A stretch of DNA of 64,000 nucleotides from Anaerohalosphaeraceae bacterium (GCA_963675525.2 CAXXSL010000016.1:416001-480000), one strand, 5' to 3'. Counted from the stretch's first letter, positions 1 through 9,270 are shown. The notes: generated by a model not told the origin, from the sequence alone. Numbers and translations: made by a program.

Positions 1-1900
1 TCACTACAGATCCATCATTACCGCCGTCAATAATTGTCGACGCTACGACGACAGGATCAGATGGATCGACAGACGTCAGAATGATATCGTTTACATAGTT
101 AGAATCGAAGACAACATTTTCATAATAGGTGCCCGGCGAAACGATAATTGTATCGCCACTGGCAGACGCATTAATCGCCGCCTGGATCGTTGGATACGTC
201 CCCGGCACATCAATAATACGGCCAATTCCTAAATAAACGGCAATCGTCTGCAGACTATTTGCCGCACCCGGGGCGGTCATTTGAAATGCATACGAATACA
301 AACCATCCACCAGCCCGGTTGTGTCTATAGACAATGTCACCGGTTCGCTTTCGTTTGGACCCAGAGAACCACTCGTCGGCATTAATATCAGCCACCCCGG
401 CTTGTCCGTCGTATCGATCGACCAGTTCACCGTCCCGCCGCCGAGATTTTCAACCGTCAGAACTTGACTGTCCGGATTCGCGCCAGCCTCCAACCCAACA
501 AAATTAAAATCAGTCTCGGAGACAGACAAGATCGGACCAATCACTTTCAGATCAACCGTCAGCATCTGCGGGCTGTTCGCCGCCGCCGGATCAACAACCT
601 GGAATGCAAAGGAATATTGCCCGACCGGCAAACCGGTAATATCCACGGAAAGCGTTACAGGCTCACTTTCGTCATACCCAAGCGAGCCATTGGCCGGCGC
701 AATCGTCAGCCAGTCCGGCAACGTTAATGTTACCTCGTTCACATCGACGATCGACCAGTTCACGGTCCCGCCGCCGGGATTAGAAATCGTCAGTGTTTGG
801 TCATCCGGATTCGCCCCGGATTCCGGTGCAATAAATGAAAACGTATTCGATGAGACACTTAAAATCGGCCCAATAACGTCCAACTCCACCGTCACCGTCT
901 GCGGGCTGTTCACCGCCCCCGGGGCGACAACGTCAAACGCATACGAATACTGCCCCCCGGATAAGCCGGTAATATCCGCCGACAGCGTCACCGGTTCACT
1001 TTCGTCATAACCAAGCACCCCATTGGCCGGCGCAATCGTCAGCCACCCCGGCAGCGTTAATGTTACCTCGTTCACATCGACGATCGACCAGTTCACCGTT
1101 CCGCCGCCGGGGTTAGAAACCGTCAATAGTTGATCATTCGGATTAGCACCCGCTTCCAACGCAACAAACATAAAATCAGTGTCCGAAACGGACAGGATCG
1201 GCCCGACCATATCAGCGATCTCCGCTTCGCTCAGCGCCCGGTTATAAATCCGCACATCATCAATCAAACCATTCCAGAATTGTCCGGTAGCAAGAGTCTT
1301 ATGAGCGCCAATGTATAAGACTCCCTCAGTGTACTCTAATCCTGAAATATCTTCGGTATCAGCCGCGACAACTTGTCCATCCATGTAAAGCCGCCTTCGA
1401 AATCCATCCCAGGTAACACCCACATGATGCCAATTGTCAGAATCCCAAGGAAAACCGGCGTTTAAAAGACTGAAATTATTTGCTTCTGTAAGATTCGTAT
1501 ATAAAACGCCATCCGCTGCGACATGCAGCCAGATTCTCCCGATTCCGTTTACGTCCGTCTGGCAGATAATTTTTTGAGTCGCAGCACCACCCTTGACCCA
1601 CGCAACCGCACTGAAAGGCCCCGCCGTGGCCGGATTCAGAATATAGGGAGTTTCCACATAATCATCCACGCCGTCCAGGTCGATTGCCTGCCCGTCAACA
1701 CCGCCGGCCCATTGCGCACCGGAAGCATTATCATCATGAAATGTCCCGTGATGTAAACCGGGTGAACTGTCCAGAAAATCGCCGTCCAGTTGCCAATATG
1801 CGACAAGATTCGGGTCCGATGCAAATGCGGCAACGGAACAAAGTAAAAACAAAACCAGGCAGACACCAAAACGCTTGAGTAAGAAATGTGATAATTGCAT
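1..1900 (-). CDS. Large secreted protein, 5' part only (runs off the window): signal peptide, LamG/ConA-like domain, three ~111-aa Ig/BACON-like repeats, start of a parallel beta-helix domain
   Basis: Manual translation (absent from the ORF track because there is no stop in the window): MQLSHFLLKRFGVCLVLFLLCSVAAFA-SDPNLVAYWQLDG...IDLDGVDDYV...WHHVGVTWDG...FWNGLIDDVRIYNRALSEAEI, then repeats containing LTxSNPGGGTVNWSI, then DVPGTYPTIQAAINASASGDTIIVSPGTYYEN. AGGAGG RBS lies upstream of the ATG at 1900. Confidence 0.85.
   Translation of the reverse strand, partial: MQLSHFLLKRFGVCLVLFLLCSVAAFASDPNLVAYWQLDGDFLDSSPGLHHGTFHDDNASGAQWAGGVDGQAIDLDGVDDYVETPYILNPATAGPFSAVAWVKGGAATQKIICQTDVNGIGRIWLHVAADGVLYTNLTEANNFSLLNAGFPWDSDNWHHVGVTWDGFRRRLYMDGQVVAADTEDISGLEYTEGVLYIGAHKTLATGQFWNGLIDDVRIYNRALSEAEIADMVGPILSVSDTDFMFVALEAGANPNDQLLTVSNPGGGTVNWSIVDVNEVTLTLPGWLTIAPANGVLGYDESEPVTLSADITGLSGGQYSYAFDVVAPGAVNSPQTVTVELDVIGPILSVSSNTFSFIAPESGANPDDQTLTISNPGGGTVNWSIVDVNEVTLTLPDWLTIAPANGSLGYDESEPVTLSVDITGLPVGQYSFAFQVVDPAAANSPQMLTVDLKVIGPILSVSETDFNFVGLEAGANPDSQVLTVENLGGGTVNWSIDTTDKPGWLILMPTSGSLGPNESEPVTLSIDTTGLVDGLYSYAFQMTAPGAANSLQTIAVYLGIGRIIDVPGTYPTIQAAINASASGDTIIVSPGTYYENVVFDSNYVNDIILTSVDPSDPVVVASTIIDGGNDGSVV
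230..1205. repeat. Three intragenic tandem repeats, period 333 bp
   Basis: TCGACCAGTTCAC(C/G)GT(C/T)CCGCCGCCG starts at 418, 751 and 1084; 688-778 and 1021-1111 are nearly identical. Confidence 0.9.
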
Positions 1901-1970
1901 TGTTATCCTCCTGTCACAAAAGCCTGTTTCCTCCGATCGCTGCACACACGCCAGATGCATAATACCTACT

Positions 1971-1998
1971 ATTCTACCAAAAACATCCCCTTTGTCAA
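1971..1998 (-). promoter_or_regulatory. sigma70-type promoter for the LamG gene
   Basis: The minus strand reads TTGACA-N16-TAGAAT with TGG before the -10. Confidence 0.65.
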
Positions 1999-2048
1999 CC
2001 AAAATCCCACCACCAAAAAACAACCCAAAACCCGGAAATTGACCACAG

Positions 2049-2075
2049 GTCATCCCGAGCGCAGCCGAGGGATCT
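2049..2075. repeat. GTCA-type REP-like palindromic element
   Basis: GTCATCCCGAGCGCAGCCGAGGGATCT; related elements at 2698, 16077, 17811, 20111, 20154, 22127 and 63644. Confidence 0.7.
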
Positions 2076-2145
2076 GTTTAAATACCCGCCCGAAGGGCTT
2101 CCTCAATTCAAAACCAAAAATTAAGAACTTAAAATTACATTTTGT

Positions 2146-2173
2146 TTGACATTCATCTAACTTATGGTATAAT
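2146..2173 (+). promoter_or_regulatory. Consensus sigma70 promoter with no adjacent long ORF
   Basis: TTGACA (2146-2151)-N16-TATAAT (2168-2173), with extended -10 TG. Confidence 0.75.
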
Positions 2174-2319
2174 ACGCCTTGCCGTGCCATAGCCTTGGCG
2201 GCGGCAGGAAAATTGAAGTGTTATTTGAAAATTGACTGAAGAATCGAACAAAAGCGTGGAGCGGCAACGACACGATAATCCCGCCCAAAGTGTCAATTCA
2301 AAGGGAAGTTAGCATTTTA

Positions 2320-2760
2320 AAACAACCCTTTTTTACAAAACGAACCCAATTTCCTCCGCAGCAAAATGACTGTAAGTCATTATCTTATTCTGACTTCTAT
2401 CTTCTATCTCCTGACTTCTGCCTGTAAATCGAACCCAAATCGAACCCAATACGAACCCAATTTCGGCCCCAAGTACCCCCTACTCGCGCAAGCCGTTTTC
2501 AGCCAAAAATCGCACGTTTTGCTTTGAAAAATCTCAAAAACCCCCTTTTTAACCCCGCCAACCCCCAAAAAAACAAACCCAATTTAAGCCCCAAGTAGCC
2601 CCTCGACAGGAATGCAATATACTGCATCCAAACCCCCAACGGACGCAACACCCTCATTTAAAATAGCGCCACGCGAACCCAATCGAACCCAAAAAATGTC
2701 ATCCCGGACCTCGATCCGGGGCAAACCCAATATGAATATTAAAACCGAACCAAAACCACC
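2320..2760 (+). repeat. A/C-rich block with dispersed C(G/A)AACCCAA repeats and a heptamer run
   Basis: CGAACCCAA at 2341, 2430, 2441, 2452, 2674, 2684; CAAACCCAA at 2574, 2722; TGACTTC-type heptamers at about 2390-2420. Confidence 0.75.
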
Positions 2761-2862
2761 CGTTTCCCGCCTGACGATTCAAAAGAATAAATACTTGTTG
2801 CTGGGGCTATTCTATGCTATAAGGCCGTTTTAGAATTCTTTGATAGTTAGGAGAACGCACTT

Positions 2863-4110
2863 ATGTCATCGGCCATTGAAAAAGTTGATTCCGTTGTTTT
2901 CGACCTGATCCGTCAGGAACAGGCCCGCCAGAGCAGCTCCATCCGCATGATCCCGTCGGAAAACTATGTCTCCAAAGCAGTTATGGAAGCCACCGGAAGC
3001 TGTCTGACCAATAAGTATGCCGAAGGTTACCCCGGCAAACGCTATTATGAAGGCCAGCAGATCACCGACCAGATCGAAAACCTCGCCCGTGACCGCGCCA
3101 AACAGCTTTTCGGCGCCGAAGCCGCCAATGTGCAGACGCATTCGGGTTCCCCGGCCAATCTGGCGACTTACTGCGCCCTTGCCGAACCGGGATCAATCAT
3201 TATGGGGCTGTCCCTGCCGCACGGCGGACACCTAACTCACGGCTGGAAGGTCAGTTATACGGGTAAATTCTTTCACTCCGTCCAATACGAACTCGACCCG
3301 GCAACCGGCCGGCTGGATTATGACAAGATCGCCGACCTGGCCAAAGAACATAAGCCGAAAATCCTGATCTCCGGCTCCAGTGCCTATCCGCGGGCGATCG
3401 ATTTTACGAAATTCGACGAAATCGCCAAAAGCGTCGGCGCATACCACGTCAGCGATATGGCCCACATCGCCGGACTCGTCGCGGGCAAGGTTCACATGAG
3501 CCCGATCCCCTATTCAGATGTGGTGACGACAACAACACATAAAACGCTTCGCGGCCCTCGCGGCGGCATGATCCTGTGCAAAGAAGAACATGAAAAAGCA
3601 ATCAATAAGTCGGTCTTCCCCGGCATGCAGGGCGGCCCGCACATGCACACGATCTCGGCCCTGGCCATCGCACTCGGCGAAGCGCTGCAGCCGAAATTCG
3701 CCGACTATGCCGCACAGATCGTGGCCAATGCCAAACGGCTGGCCGAAAAACTGATGGAATACGGATTTGACCTGGTTTCCGGCGGAACGGACAACCACCT
3801 GATCCTGATGGACCTGCGAAATAAGGGGCTTACGGGTAAGCCTTTGGCAAAAGCACTGGACCGGGCACATATCGTGATGAATTACAACTCCGTTCCGGGC
3901 GACACGGCCGGGCCGTTTAACCCCAGCGGACTCCGCATGGGAACCCCGGCCATCACCACACGCGGGATGAAAGAAGAACAAATGGACATGATCGCCGCAT
4001 GGATCAACACGATCTGCGACAATCTTGAAAACGAAGACGTCATTAACAAGTGCGGCAAGGAAGTACAGGAATTGTGTGCTCAATTCCCCGTGCCGGACAG
4101 CTTTGTTTAG
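2863..4110 (+). CDS. glyA: Serine hydroxymethyltransferase
   Basis: MIPSEN, LTNKYAEGYPGKRYY, HGGHLTHG and TTTTHKTLRGPRGG (PLP lysine); AGGAG RBS. Confidence 0.98.
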   Translation: MSSAIEKVDSVVFDLIRQEQARQSSSIRMIPSENYVSKAVMEATGSCLTNKYAEGYPGKRYYEGQQITDQIENLARDRAKQLFGAEAANVQTHSGSPANLATYCALAEPGSIIMGLSLPHGGHLTHGWKVSYTGKFFHSVQYELDPATGRLDYDKIADLAKEHKPKILISGSSAYPRAIDFTKFDEIAKSVGAYHVSDMAHIAGLVAGKVHMSPIPYSDVVTTTTHKTLRGPRGGMILCKEEHEKAINKSVFPGMQGGPHMHTISALAIALGEALQPKFADYAAQIVANAKRLAEKLMEYGFDLVSGGTDNHLILMDLRNKGLTGKPLAKALDRAHIVMNYNSVPGDTAGPFNPSGLRMGTPAITTRGMKEEQMDMIAAWINTICDNLENEDVINKCGKEVQELCAQFPVPDSFV

Positions 4111-4148
4111 CCGCGGTAAGAACGATCGGATAAGAGATTCACGAATCC

Positions 4149-4178
4149 AAAGGCGGGCCGCAATGCCCGCCTTTTTTT
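4149..4178 (+). terminator. Rho-independent terminator after glyA
   Basis: AAGGCGGGC-CGCAAT-GCCCGCC followed by a T run. Confidence 0.85.
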
Positions 4179-4280
4179 GTGCCATGAAATACAGATACAA
4201 TTTGCCCCAGATTGCGGCGGTGTGAGATTACCGGCCGTATGGCCGGTATCCTATATACCCCGTCAGGATATCTGAAATCT

Positions 4281-6056
4281 TTATTCCATCCATCTCTGGG
4301 CCATAACTGAATAATCGCTCATATCAATGTTTCCATCGCCGCCTGGGGGCCAGATATCACACTGTTGATTCCAATCAGGCGAACCGCTGGTGGAAAACAG
4401 AGCCCCACTAAGAATTCTAAGATCGAGTAGATCTATCAAGCCGTCCCCGTTAAAATCCCCTACAAGTTCTTCACGCGGATCAGACGATATAAGTTCAATT
4501 CCTTGCCCGGTTCCAAGATTTCGGGAATACTGCTTATCTGTCTTATTGTTCCAATGCTCATGAACCCCTAAACTTCCTAACCGGCTGCCGTCCCCTTCGG
4601 GGTCATAAAATACCCCCGAGGGCGGATCATCCGCTAACGCCGCTTCGTGGAGATAACTGTCAATCGGCATATCTCTGAGGGCGAATTGAGCTCTAAGAAA
4701 GTCTAATGCAACCGAATCAATCGCAACGGGGTCCTGAGAAACAAATAGGCTCGAGGGGTAATCTCCGTTAAAGGGGGAATAGGTAAATATTTGAGGCATC
4801 CCCGTGTAATTAATTAAAAAACTCCATAAACCATCTATAATGTACAGCAGTGTTTTGTCGCCCAGATCCTGATGTCCCATCAGGTCTACGAGCGTACTGT
4901 ATCGGTTGTATTGAGGAGCGGATACAAGATCATGCAAGGTGCGGTCATAATCAGGGCTGCGACAGAAACATCCATACCAATTCTTAGCGGTAAGCGTGGC
5001 CCCGCCAAAACCATGTCCCTGCATCCTGGCTAGATTGATTACATAATCCGCTTCAACAAAGGACTGGGCAATCGGGTAATTCGCAATGGGCTGACCAGTA
5101 TTCGGATTCGGACTGGACCATATGATCTTGTTCGACACAGATACCGCCATCAGGCGGCCATTCGTGCCCGGATTATTCTCAGGCAGGTAATAATTCGTTT
5201 CTACATACCGAACATCCGGAAAAAGAGCCGCACAGGGATTATAGGTTTTGTCATCAATATAACGGGAAGACTCACACAGGGTAATGCAATTCTGTTCAAT
5301 CCCAGCTTTGTAAACCAGTTCTTTCAGTAAGGCTACATATACCGCCGGAGGGGTGTCAGGAACACCGCTTCGATTACTGTGTGATAGTTGGTTGTTATGA
5401 TTGGGCTTAATCACAACCAATTCCCCTGCAGTATAGCCGACATCCCCTTTTCCATGTGTTATGTTATACTGCCTGAAGAGACAGTCCCATGCACTGGCCT
5501 CATCTGGTTTTTGGGTTAACCAGCAAATCGCATTCGCCATCATCGATTCGATAACGATCGGATCTGTATGATTGTTGTCCCACCAGTAGCTGCTGGTACC
5601 ATCCCAGGTGGCATCAGGATCATGAATCCAGACCACCCGGCCGGGAAATAAGCCCTTTGCCTGGCCAATGGGAGTGTTGGGCGGGTCTGCCGGGACAAAA
5701 TCTCCTCTAACAATCTCAGGGTTATAGCTTATCGTAAAAAACATAACCGCTAAACCAGCCGCCATACACGCGGCGACCAAGAAATATCGTGGTTGCTTGA
5801 TACGATGCCGTGCCCGGCGAAAAATCGCGGCCACACCCAGCAATCCCATCAGGTAAATCACAAAGCTGGATGCTATCGGAAAGGCTGCACGCTGACATGG
5901 ATAAGCCGCCCGACTGGGCTTGGGGATGACACGCACCAGAAACCACATCAAAGCGAGGAGTCCAATCAACAGAGAAAGGGATTTCAGCAAATGATTCTTG
6001 AGCCATACCAAAGAGAACGTAACCAGAGATTTATTATTGAAATGGTTTGAAAACAT
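4281..6056 (-). CDS. DUF362-domain exported/membrane-anchored protein with C-terminal dockerin/EF-hand-like tail
   Basis: RVIPKPSRAAYPCQRAAFP N-terminus, VVIKPN, ADYVINL, TLTAKNWYG, SQDPVAIDSV; tail GDFNGDGLIDLLDL...GDGNIDMSDYSVMAQRW. Confidence 0.8.
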   Translation of the reverse strand: MFSNHFNNKSLVTFSLVWLKNHLLKSLSLLIGLLALMWFLVRVIPKPSRAAYPCQRAAFPIASSFVIYLMGLLGVAAIFRRARHRIKQPRYFLVAACMAAGLAVMFFTISYNPEIVRGDFVPADPPNTPIGQAKGLFPGRVVWIHDPDATWDGTSSYWWDNNHTDPIVIESMMANAICWLTQKPDEASAWDCLFRQYNITHGKGDVGYTAGELVVIKPNHNNQLSHSNRSGVPDTPPAVYVALLKELVYKAGIEQNCITLCESSRYIDDKTYNPCAALFPDVRYVETNYYLPENNPGTNGRLMAVSVSNKIIWSSPNPNTGQPIANYPIAQSFVEADYVINLARMQGHGFGGATLTAKNWYGCFCRSPDYDRTLHDLVSAPQYNRYSTLVDLMGHQDLGDKTLLYIIDGLWSFLINYTGMPQIFTYSPFNGDYPSSLFVSQDPVAIDSVALDFLRAQFALRDMPIDSYLHEAALADDPPSGVFYDPEGDGSRLGSLGVHEHWNNKTDKQYSRNLGTGQGIELISSDPREELVGDFNGDGLIDLLDLRILSGALFSTSGSPDWNQQCDIWPPGGDGNIDMSDYSVMAQRWME

Positions 6057-6162
6057 AATTTTTTTCCTGTGAGTTCAATGGGTTTACACAAATCCACGGA
6101 ATCCGTAAAATTTTTCATTTTCTTAAAACCGCTTTTCAATGCCTCAGCGGCTTAACGTTTTT

Positions 6163-6855
6163 CTAATGTTGTTCCTGATAGCGTTTTTCCTTTGATTCCT
6201 CAAGATACCTTGCCGCGGCATCTCTGCCGCCTAATCCAAAGGCCAGCGCCAAAGCAAGAACAATCCCGCCAAGGATGATATTGAAAGTCGTGGTTACCAA
6301 CAGGGGTGCAATGCCAAGCTGTGCCAGTGCGATTGTCACCGCGAAAATGATAATCGCCCATCGGCTTATACCGACCAGAAGGTCGGGTTTGGGTAAATTC
6401 GCGTTACCAGCCGCTACGCGAACGATTCCGGACACAAAACTTGCCAGAAACATGGCGACCACGAGCACAAGCAATGCTGCGATGACCTTGGGGACATAGG
6501 CAAATAAGCTTGCCAGAATGTCTGAAGCCTTCGGCAGTCCTAATGCGTTTACGACCATCACCAGCACCATAATCATAACCAGCCAATAAACAAGACCGCT
6601 GACGACTTGTCGGGCGGTAATCTTCAAGTTTCCCTTCCTTAGAATCTCTGATAGACCCGCCTTATCCGCCAGCGTGTCGAAGCGTACCAACTTAAGCACG
6701 CCGTTCACGACCGATCCGATTATTTTTGCTACAATCCAGCCAACAACCAGAATTAATAGCGCACCCAGCAGGACAGGCAGATAGGCCATGATTCGGGTCA
6801 ACATTTCACGGACCGGTTCCACAACAAGATTTTCCCATTCAATTACGGCTAACAT
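6163..6855 (-). CDS. TM-helix repeat membrane protein (CmpX / MscS-associated family)
   Basis: Two repeats of YLPxLLGALLILVVGW / YVPKVIAALLVLVV; C-terminal ALALAFGLGGRDAA; GGAGG RBS. Confidence 0.85.
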   Translation of the reverse strand: MLAVIEWENLVVEPVREMLTRIMAYLPVLLGALLILVVGWIVAKIIGSVVNGVLKLVRFDTLADKAGLSEILRKGNLKITARQVVSGLVYWLVMIMVLVMVVNALGLPKASDILASLFAYVPKVIAALLVLVVAMFLASFVSGIVRVAAGNANLPKPDLLVGISRWAIIIFAVTIALAQLGIAPLLVTTTFNIILGGIVLALALAFGLGGRDAAARYLEESKEKRYQEQH

Positions 6856-7017
6856 GTTTTATACCTCCATATTAAAATTATCACCGTTCGTTCTGGTTTT
6901 CTCATACGACTTATTTTGCGAACACTGGTTTACACCCTATTCGATATAGGCAAAACCCTTGTTTTACAGTGCCGATTTGAAGGCCCCATGAAAAATGCCA
7001 ACCCCGGAACAGACAAT

Positions 7018-7251
7018 TTATATTTTTTTTATTTTGGCGCGTATCTTGGCGCGAAGCACCACCACTCCTTTGTGCCGTCGTTCCAGTTCGGTTCGTCGTC
7101 GGATTTGTTCGCTTTCGTGTTGCGAATGTATCTCTTCGATATCAATCTCATGCGCTTGACTGATATTATCATCATGTGTCATCGCAACGATAGAGGCCGG
7201 CTGGAAGGCCGGCACTTCCGGGGACTGCAATTTGTTAACAACTTCATTCAT
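7018..7251 (-). CDS. Small hypothetical protein, 77 aa
   Basis: ORF preceded by GAAAGGA; no recognisable motif. Confidence 0.4.
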   Translation of the reverse strand: MNEVVNKLQSPEVPAFQPASIVAMTHDDNISQAHEIDIEEIHSQHESEQIRRRTELERRHKGVVVLRAKIRAKIKKI

Positions 7252-7724
7252 CGTCCATTCCTTTCAGGACCAGAGAGCACATATATGCTTCCTCCTGACT
7301 TGTTCTTATCATAACCAAAATGATACTTGTGTAAATCAGAGCAGCGTCCGGTTTTCATGTCAGACAAATGGACTATCCCGCTATCGGTCAAATTTCCGCA
7401 CAAATATCGATTCGCGGATCCAGGTTGTCGCTAAATATCAGGTTGACCGCCTTCTTGAGGATTTGAACGGCCAGGACAGCACAACAGACTATTTGTGTCC
7501 AACTGCTGTGGCCCGTTGACAATCGGTTTAACGGCACCGGACATGACACTTCGGAAACGATCGTTTTCTTTGTTCAGACCCCCACCATCGGATTTCACTT
7601 ACACAAACGTAAGCATTTTCACTGACAACAAATACAGACTTCACTCCGATTCACACGGGCTGAAGTTATGTTATAGTCAGGCCATAGCAGACTGATAACA
7701 GGATAAATGCAAGGAATCGAGTCT

Positions 7725-8069
7725 ATGAAAGTAGCAGTAACTTCGACCGGACCCAAACTGGATGACCCTATAGGAACACGGCCGGATAAGTGTTCTCACT
7801 GGCTGGTCGTGAATCCTGTAACCATGGAATGTGAGGCCATTCCAAATCCGTTAACCAGCGTTAGGGGTCCGGCAGCGGGAAAGTTCCTTGCCCAAATACT
7901 GGAGGAATATAGGGTCAAATTCATTCTGGCAGGCGGTTGCAGATGTAAACAATTGAAAGAACTGAGTGAAAATGGAATGAGAGTACTTTTTGGGATGACA
8001 GGTTCGGCTCGAGAAACCGTGGAAAAGTTTAATCGGAGCCCGTTTTTAGAATATTGTGATTCTTATTAG
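7725..8069 (+). CDS. NifB/NifX-family (dinitrogenase FeMo-cofactor domain) protein
   Basis: MKVAVTSTG...NP...GPAAGKFLAQIL...VKFILAG; the usual HFGR motif is degenerate (RPDK). Confidence 0.75.
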   Translation: MKVAVTSTGPKLDDPIGTRPDKCSHWLVVNPVTMECEAIPNPLTSVRGPAAGKFLAQILEEYRVKFILAGGCRCKQLKELSENGMRVLFGMTGSARETVEKFNRSPFLEYCDSY

Positions 8070-8119
8070 TAATTAAAACCCAACACGATCTCGCATATAA
8101 GCACAAGAAGAAGGATTCT

Positions 8120-8614
8120 GTGAGAAAAAAAGAAAAGCAGAACAGTAAAACAACGGATAAAACGAGAATTCTGATCGTCGATAACCACCCTGTCGTACGT
8201 GAGGGATTAACACAGATTATTAATCGAGAAATGGATCTTCGGGTATGTGCCGAAGCCGGAACGATGGAAGAGGCCGTTAAAGCTGTTAAGAAACAGAAAA
8301 TCGATCTGGCTCTTGTGGATATGCTGCTTGATAGTACAACCGGGATACAGGTCATAAAAAAGATAAAAAACTTATGTCCGGATCTCATTACTCTTGTCTT
8401 TTCTATGAGCGACAACCCTCAATACGTGAAACAAGCCATTGAGGCAGGGTCAAGGGGATATATGACGAAAGATGAGATTTCTGAAGATATTGTAATGGCT
8501 ATTCGTCAGGTACTCAAAGGACAGATATACCTCAGTAGCAGATTGCTCAAGAATATCCCAAAAAGAGAACTCGATGGCCTTTGGGTTGGCACGATTGAAG
8601 AAGGTTGTGATTAA
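8120..8614 (+). CDS. NarL-type response regulator receiver domain lacking the LuxR HTH
   Basis: RILIVDNHPVVREGL, DLALVD, VFSM, GYMTK, AIRQVLKGQIYLS, then stop after about 25 aa. Confidence 0.85.
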   Translation: MRKKEKQNSKTTDKTRILIVDNHPVVREGLTQIINREMDLRVCAEAGTMEEAVKAVKKQKIDLALVDMLLDSTTGIQVIKKIKNLCPDLITLVFSMSDNPQYVKQAIEAGSRGYMTKDEISEDIVMAIRQVLKGQIYLSSRLLKNIPKRELDGLWVGTIEEGCD

Positions 8615-8680
8615 AACACAACGTTCAGGGAGATAAAATATAAATCATACAGAAACGAGTTTGGTAAAGGTTCGTTTATT
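8480..8680 (+). repeat. Copy A of a ~200-bp diverged direct repeat (copy B at 9255-9455)
   Basis: Gapless alignment at offset 775, with a near-identical core TTGTGATTAAAACACAACGTTCAGGGAGATAAAATATAAAT. Confidence 0.9.
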
Positions 8681-8900
8681 CAATGTCGTAAACAATCAAC
8701 AGTGTCCGCAATGCCGCAACCGGATGAAAGAAACAAACAGACGGAAAGAAGGCTCTGTTACGTATGTGCGGCTTGGGTGCGTTAAAGCAGATTGCGATGG
8801 TCAGTGGATGCAATTGTATGTAAACGTACAGCCAAGGCGATTTGAGAAAACTGTGCATAAGGAGGAACGCCATGAAGTTATTCAAGTCAAACCGGGTTAA
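8661..8900 (+). CDS. Small putative zinc-ribbon protein
   Basis: CPQC-x21-CVKADC pattern; start codon uncertain (TTG). Confidence 0.55.
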   Translation: MVKVRLFNVVNNQQCPQCRNRMKETNRRKEGSVTYVRLGCVKADCDGQWMQLYVNVQPRRFEKTVHKEERHEVIQVKPG

Positions 8901-9270
8901 GCAACCGAAAATGATGAATGAAAATAAAAACCTCGTCATCAATGAGCTTTCGGAGAATGAACTGTTGATTCGCTATCGAAACGGTGACGAAGACGCCTTT
9001 CGCGAAGTAGTAACCCGTTATAAGAAGCCGCTTTACACATTTCTTCGACGGTTTACCAATGATCTAAGAGTGGCCGAAGACGTCTTTCAGGAAGCGTTTC
9101 TGCAACTCTATTCCAGCCAGGACCGCTTTGATACAAATCGACCGCTAAGGCCCTGGCTATTCTCCATCGCCGCCAACAAAGCCAACGACGCCCTGCAAAA
9201 GATGCAACGTCAATCCACCATAAGCATGAGCACCTTTTCTGATGAGGATGGATATCTGAAGAAATTGTAA
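8872..9270 (+). pseudogene. Truncated ECF sigma factor (region 2 only)
   Basis: GDEDAFREVVTRYKKPLYTFLRR...AEDVFQEAFLQLY...RPWLFSIAANKANDAL; no region 4; ends inside repeat copy B; AAGGAGG RBS. Confidence 0.8.

Noticed and set aside
2320..2760. CRISPR array
   Set aside because: Repeats are 9-28 bp and irregularly spaced, with no uniform spacers and no cas genes.
2600..2862. ZTP, THF or glycine riboswitch upstream of glyA
   Set aside because: No recognisable consensus by eye; an Rfam scan would settle it.
7725..8069. Nitrogen fixation (NifX-like gene near rnf)
   Set aside because: No nifHDK here; NifX-like proteins and Rnf are common in non-diazotrophs.
8587..8602. sigma54 promoter (TGGCACG)
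   Set aside because: There is no TTGC at -12, and it lies within a coding region.
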